NCBI RefSeq assembly: GCF_009914755.1
Contig: NC_060947.1
Source: the human T2T-CHM13v2.0 reference genome, Homo sapiens
Reading direction: 5' to 3' (one strand)
Length of the DNA: 64,000 bases
Shown: piece by piece, positions 57,901 through 64,000 of the stretch
How the letters are laid out: every line of letters begins with the position of its first letter
How positions within the stretch are numbered: the first letter of the stretch is position 1
Notes under the pieces: model-generated
What the model was told of the DNA's origin: nothing
Seen by the model: the letters and a program-made list of their open reading frames with translations, nothing else
Database searches by the model: none
Position numbers and translations under genes: made by a program

Positions 57901-58302
57901 CAAAAGAAAAATAAAAAGCAAAAAGAAATAAATTGGGGTCTGAAAAGGATAGTTGTCACCAATATACATCTTAGAATTTGGGTCTATTCTGTTGAACTGA
58001 AAAAAAACAAAACAAAACCAAAAAAAACACCAAAAAAAGAAAACCCAGCATCCATGTGCTAGATATTACTTCAACATGATGGGAATAATTATATAAACAC
58101 AACAGAAAATTTTAGTTTTATTGCTTTTTAGGCAACTTTTTGATATTCCACTGTAATGAGAAGAATGGAGAAAAATGAACAACTCTTCAGAATGTATATG
58201 AGGTTAAGTACAACTACATGAGACTGCAAAACAAAAAGCGGGGGATGGGGAGCCAGTTTATATTTACAGACACATCTTAAGTACCTTAAAATAACATGAA
58301 AT

Positions 58303-58862
58303 CTTTTTGTTGTGATAAAATACAGACAACTCAAAATGCATTTTTAAACCATTTTTAAGTCTACAATTCAGTGGCATTGAATACACTCAAAATGTTGTAC
58401 AACCACCACCACTATCTAGTTTTAGAACAGTTTTCTCACCCTTAAAATGAAACCCCATACTCATTAAGCGATCACTCACCATTGCCCTATGCCCCCAGTC
58501 TTTGGCAAACACTGATCTACAGGATGGATCAAGCTTGAAAACATCTTGTGAAGCAAAAGAAGCCAGACACAAAAGGCCACATATTATATGATTTCATTAA
58601 CATAAAATATCCAGAATGGGAAAATTTATAGGATCAAAAGCAAGTAAGTGTTTGCCAGGGATTTTGGGAGAGGGATTAATGAGGACTGACTAGTTAATGT
58701 TCACAGCGTTTCCTTCTAGGGTGATAAAACTTTTGGAACTAGGTAATGGTGATGACTGAACATTGAACAGCATTGTCAGTGTACTTAATGTCTCTGAATT
58801 GCACACTTTAAAATGGTTAAAATGTTGTTTTATATTATATGGATTTTATCACAATAAAAAGT
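58303..58862. mobile_element. Two L1MB-type 3' ends joined head-to-head
   Basis: Minus piece 58303-~58520 and plus piece ~58521-58862. Both end tattttatcacaa(c/t)aaaaag-like in their own sense. Confidence 0.7.
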
Positions 58863-59109
58863 TACAATGGAAATATGAATAAACTATGAACTTAATAATG
58901 TATCCATATTGGTTCATTAATTATAACAACTGTATCATCCTAATTAATGTCAGTTAATTAGTTAATATGAGAAACCGTGTGAAGGTGGGCATATGGAAAA
59001 GTTCTGTACTCTTTTCAATTTTTCTATTAATATAAAACTGTTCTATAAAATGAAGACTATTTGTTAAAAACTCCAAGGAAAGAAAACAAAAGGGTAAAGA
59101 ATATAGAAT

Positions 59110-59348
59110 CTTTTTTTTTTAATACTTTAAGTTCTGGTATTCATGTGCAGAATGTGCAGGTTTGTTACATAGGTATACACGTGCCATGATGGTTTTCTGC
59201 ACCCATCAACCCATCATCCACATTAGGTATTTCTCCTAATGCTATCCTTCCCCTAACCTCCAACCCCCGGCAGGCCCCGGTGTGTGATGTTCCCCTGCCT
59301 ATGTCCATGTGTTCTCATTGTCCAATTCCCACTTATGAGTGAGAACAT
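59110..59348 (-). mobile_element. L1PA7-like 3' terminal fragment
   Basis: Closely similar to 9452-9690 (tactttaagttctgg...catgtgcagaatgtgcag). Confidence 0.88.
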
Positions 59349-59578
59349 ATCAAAAAAATCCAGGTATGAATCATGTCTCAACCCTCACCAGCAGCAATGC
59401 CTATCTAGTATAAGTCATATGATATTTCCAATCCTTAGTTTTCCTACCAGCAACATGTTAATAATCCTACATCAATTAAAATTATTTCCTTGAAAGCAAT
59501 CAAAATAGTTGTTTTTCTTGAATTTATGTCCCTTCTACGAGGACTATATAAAAGCTAACCTTTGAATTATAAGATACA

Positions 59579-60056
59579 TGTTAGAGCTATAAGATTAAGG
59601 ACAGCCATAAGGCCCACCCTCGAGTATTGCAGGGCCTACCCTATGGGTCACTTAGCAGTGTGATGCAACCTGGCCCAGAATTTTTAAGAGACAAGGCCAC
59701 CTCAGCACATTTATAAACCTTAAAGCTCAACCTTACAAGAAAAGCTTAAACTTCCTTTATGGAAGAAAGACCTGGTAACTCACCAAGAATGAATGCAATT
59801 ATAAAGAAAGAGGGAAAGATTCCCCAAACTGAGAATAGTTTCCACACAGAGACCTTCCTGGTCATCTGGTTATCAGACCACCTGAGTATATCTGGCCCAT
59901 GACACCAACATGTTTCCTCTAACCGTCTTGTGAGAGCATTGTCAGAATAAACTGATTGAATACTCAGATGGTGTCTAAGACTCATCTTTAATGCAAATAA
60001 GGCTGAAAGGGAAAAGTTACTCCTGCAGAAGCTGATTAACTAGGACCAACCACAAC
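59579..60056 (+). mobile_element. Probable ERV solo LTR
   Basis: tgttagag...accacaaca termini with internal tataaa and aataaa. Confidence 0.5.
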
Positions 60057-61164
60057 ACCTGAATGTGACAAGCTGCAGCTTAAGATATTTGAATAATTAG
60101 AAACCCTAAGAGAAGTAAAGAAAGCTTTAGCCCTACTAGACTTCAATATGAATATAAACACTTCTTAAATGAATGTCCTTATGGCTTTGAGTGAAAGCAG
60201 TCTGACCATGTTATGACATAAAGAGTGTAAAATAAATCAGGATGGAGAATTGGCGTAAGTGATGAAAGAGACTTTTTTTTGAAAGGGAGGCGGAATTAGT
60301 CAGAAATAGAGAATGGGGTGAGACAAAGGGAAAAACAGAACTTTCAATCGGTGGTGTCTCAGTGTCATCAATGTTGTTAGCTTTCTTAATGTAACTGAGC
60401 CAAGTAGGGACAATCAAGGCTGGACTACTCACTTCTTGTGACTTGGAAATGAACACATGGTGCATTGTCTGAATTATGGCTGTTGTCTGCGCACTTCTAG
60501 ATGGGCTGCTAAGGGGGGATACTATTGGTAATAGAGTAGAATTCCACACTTCAAAAGACCTCCGGCTGCCTTCAAGTCACCTGTTCCTGGTTACTCCATT
60601 AAAGTGGCAGCCCATGCTGAAAGCACAAACCACAATTCTGTCCTCATCTTTTTATTGCCCTCTCCACAGTAGCACAGATGTCAAAGGGAAGAAAGTAGAG
60701 TTCCAGGCTTGAAGTTCCTTTCATTCCCAGGTAAAGAACACACACTGAGCAGGACTCTCTGATGAAAGTGGATTTAACTTCTGTCAAAACATGAAGCAAA
60801 GCTTGTTTGCATATCATTTTATAAATGCTGTTCAAATAAAGCAGCTGTTTCAGTTAGTGATTAACAGTTTGAGATACATTAAAACGTTCAATGCATTAGA
60901 ACACGATTGAAAATAATACATACATTATTTAATGAAATTACGGGTGACCCTAGCTCAAGTTGAATATAACAAAATGTATAATTATGACCTTCTATTAAAA
61001 ATTCCTTAATGGAGAATTTCATTACAAAGGGAACCTCACTACAGTTTAAAATTAACCTAGTTATACATAGCAAAGGAGTCACTTATGAGCCTCTAATTTT
61101 TTGTGAACTATGTAATAGTTCACATTACAAAGTCTAATGGGCAATTCAAACTGGAAATAAAAGA

Positions 61165-61482
61165 ATTTTATATACTCAAATATCTCTATATATTATATGT
61201 TATATATATTTATACGATATGTTATATACAAGTATATATTTTATATATTTATATATTTTTATATATTTTATATATATACTTATATATAGTTTATAAGTAC
61301 TTATATAATATATATAATACTTATATACCATTTATAAGTACTGTATAATACAGTATAATACTATAGTATAGCACTACAGTATAGTATTATATATAATACT
61401 ATACTATATACTATATTATATATACTATATAGTATGTATATTTTTATATATTGTTTATATTATATGTTTCATATAGATATAT
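61165..61482. repeat. AT-rich (TA)n low-complexity tract
   Basis: Directly visible. Confidence 0.9.
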
Positions 61483-61494
61483 TTTTCTTTTTGG

Positions 61495-61962
61495 TGGTCA
61501 TAAAACATGCCCAAAAATTTTTAAATATTGCCTTAAATTTGGTGACATAGTAGGTCAGTCTTAGTGACTTGATTCTAATCAATAGTACACTGGAAAGTGA
61601 AGTGGTGTGATTTTTCACACTAGTTCAGATACTGTAATGCAACTTCTGACAATTCTCTCTCCTTCTTAGCTCATCTGTCTTCCAGGAAGAAGCCTGGGCC
61701 ACGTGGAGAAGCCATGAGTAAGTGTCCATGCCAACAGCCCCAGCTGATGTCCTAAACAAAAGGCAACATTAACAGTCAGGCATGTGAGCGAGGAAGACTT
61801 TGAAATGACTCAAGCCCCAGCCTCCATCTGACCCTGAGCTAGAACCACCCAGCTAAGCCCAGTCACCCCAGAAGTGTGAGAGATAACCATCATTATTAAT
61901 TTGTGTTGTTTTATGCTAGTATATTTGGGGTGGTTTGTTCTGTAGCTCTGGATAACCAGAAC
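61495..61962 (+). mobile_element. MLT1 (older subfamily) MaLR LTR
   Basis: ggccacgtggagaagcc...acagccccagctga...ggataaccagaaca. Confidence 0.7.
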
Positions 61963-63404
61963 ATTCCTATATCCATTTTTTCTACTGATCATTATATCCG
62001 TCTTTTCTAGACGTATAGTTATTTCATAAAGTAAAGTAAATCTGTGCTCCCCTTACAATTCTAAACTTGGTGATACCTGTCCCTTAAATAAGTTTAAACA
62101 ATTTGGAATAAGCCAGAAGAGACATAAAGGCCGTATATCTAAACACATTCTCTGTACATTGGAGGGAACTAGACTCGGCAGTGACACGAGACATGTGCGA
62201 AGAGTCATCCAAAGGGTCATCGAGGGAAAAGGGTGAGGACCTACACTCCAGTCTCAAATCAGCCAGCAATCTCCAGGGCTTGCCATTCTGTCTATCCTCG
62301 TAACCATGCCTGTTTAATATTTCATTTCATATTATGCTTTGTGCATAAAACAATCAGACATGAAAACAAGTAAAAACTTTTATTGAGTACTCACAGATTT
62401 TTAAGGCATCTGTGGCATGGGAACAGCCCTGACCAGTGTCACATCCACTGCTACTCACACTGTCACAAGAAAATAGGAAAATAACATCAACACAAGCAAA
62501 ACTCAGAAACAATTATCTGTATTAGTTAAAACTTAGAGTCTTAAAAGTTATGGCTAACTACAATAGGATATGCAAAGACTACAAATGCATTTTATATATC
62601 ATCTGGCTTTCTATATTGTTTAATTTTTTTAAAAAAAAGAAAAATACAAAAAGGAAACTAACAGGCGTCCCTATTTCCACCACTCTTTTTCAAAAGTAGA
62701 TGATCTTCGTTTCGGACTAAATACGTATTATCTCCAAAAATGTTCTAGAACTTTCTTTCTTAAAAAATTATCTTCTATAAGCTGGTGTTTTCCACATTTG
62801 TTTATTTCTCATGAAGTTAGAAGGAAGCTTGGGCAACTGCATTGATTACATTTTTGAAAATTAATTTGCAGATGACAGTCTGAAGCAGCTAACTCCCTTG
62901 AAATATTCCCTGGTTTTCAGAATCCATCAACTCCAACCATATCCCTCTTGTCTTAGTATTTCTGATTGCTTTTCTCAACAAACTGTTAATTAATATTTGG
63001 TCTCTCAAACACAATTTACCTGACATTTTCTGAAAAACAAAACAAAACAAAACAAAAAACAGATTTGCCTACCTGGGCATCTGCTTTTGCCTGAAATCAG
63101 ATCTATTGACTATTTCCAAAAAATTATAGTCTTCTTTCTACAACATCCTCTCATTTTGTCCATTTGATTTTTATGAGCAATACCGTCTTTTTATACCACA
63201 CTCTTAAGAGGTCATATAGTCCATCTCACCATTTATTCTGTGCTTCTGGTTAACAATTTAGATAACTTTTTTTTTTTACAAAAGTAAAGATTACTTGATA
63301 TTTCAATGTATTTTGATGGTTCTATATACATCTTAAATTAAGACTATTGTGGAAATAATAGATATTTCATCATTTATGTAAGAGACCATTCCAAAGTGGA
63401 TAGA

Positions 63405-63585
63405 AGGAAGCAGAGTCTCCCTTAGTGCCTCCAGAAAGAAATGTGGCCCTGCCAGCACCTTGATTGTAGCCATGTGTGACCTGCATAAGACTTGCGACCC
63501 ACAGAAATGTAAGACAGTAATTTTTATTATTTTAAGCCACTAAATTTGAGGTAATGTGTTACAGCAGCAACAGGAATCTAATACA
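63405..63585 (+). mobile_element. MLT1 3' fragment
   Basis: gcctccagaaagaaatgtggccctgccagcaccttgatt...acagcagcaacaggaatctaataca. Confidence 0.75.
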
Positions 63586-63754
63586 GTCTCCAAACCTCGT
63601 TTTGCACAATACTTGCAATCTTCAGTCCTTCAGTCCCTTTTATCATAGTGTGTACAGAAACAGATTAATCTGAACTTCATCTCTATTACTTTTCTTTACC
63701 TGTTTTGTGGGAGGGTAGCTAATAAAAGTGAATAAATTTTTAAAAATTGTTTTA

Positions 63755-64000
63755 ACAGCAATAATAGAACAACCTGATTAAAAAATAGGCAAAAGACCTG
63801 AACAGACACCTCACCAAAGAAGATAACAAACAGTAAATAAATATGTGAAAAGATGCTCTAAATCATATGTCATTAGGGAAATGCAAATTAAAGCAACAAT
63901 GAGATACCACTATACACCTATTAGAATGGCCATAATTCTGAACACTGTCAAAAACAAATGCTAGCAAGGATATGGAGCAATAGAAATGCTAACACTTAGA
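63755..64000 (+). mobile_element. L1M ORF2 C-terminal fragment running off the window end
   Basis: aaaataggcaaaagacctgaacagacacctcaccaaagaagat...gagataccactatacacc. Confidence 0.82.

Noticed and set aside
61165-61482. Quasi-palindromic AT-rich tract (PATRR-like)
   Set aside because: Self-complementarity follows from (TA)n composition. I found no long specific palindrome.

Overview
Primate, most likely human, genomic DNA: AT-rich, gene-poor and dominated by L1, Alu, LTR, MIR, L2 and MER elements. The only protein-coding-like locus is a diverged SIAH1 (seven-in-absentia RING E3 ligase) copy at 5181-6014, probably the X-linked locus annotated as pseudogene SIAH1P1 (recalled, not verified). Its 277-codon frame is fully open and keeps all 16 zinc ligands while losing two non-ligand Cys/His. 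Two Alus have inserted into its 3'UTR. Directly upstream is a 5 x 42-bp CpG-rich array carrying CTCGCGAGA (BANP/ZBTB33-type CGCG element) and YY1-like motifs. Together these suggest a functional retrogene with its own tandem-repeat promoter. The window also holds a full-length, ORF-disrupted L1PA7-like element, two twin-primed L1s, nested LTR/Alu insertions and three local multi-template-switch rearrangement scars (~430-930, 24976-25636, 42374-43869). Repeat subfamily names were assigned by eye, and many boundaries are approximate.
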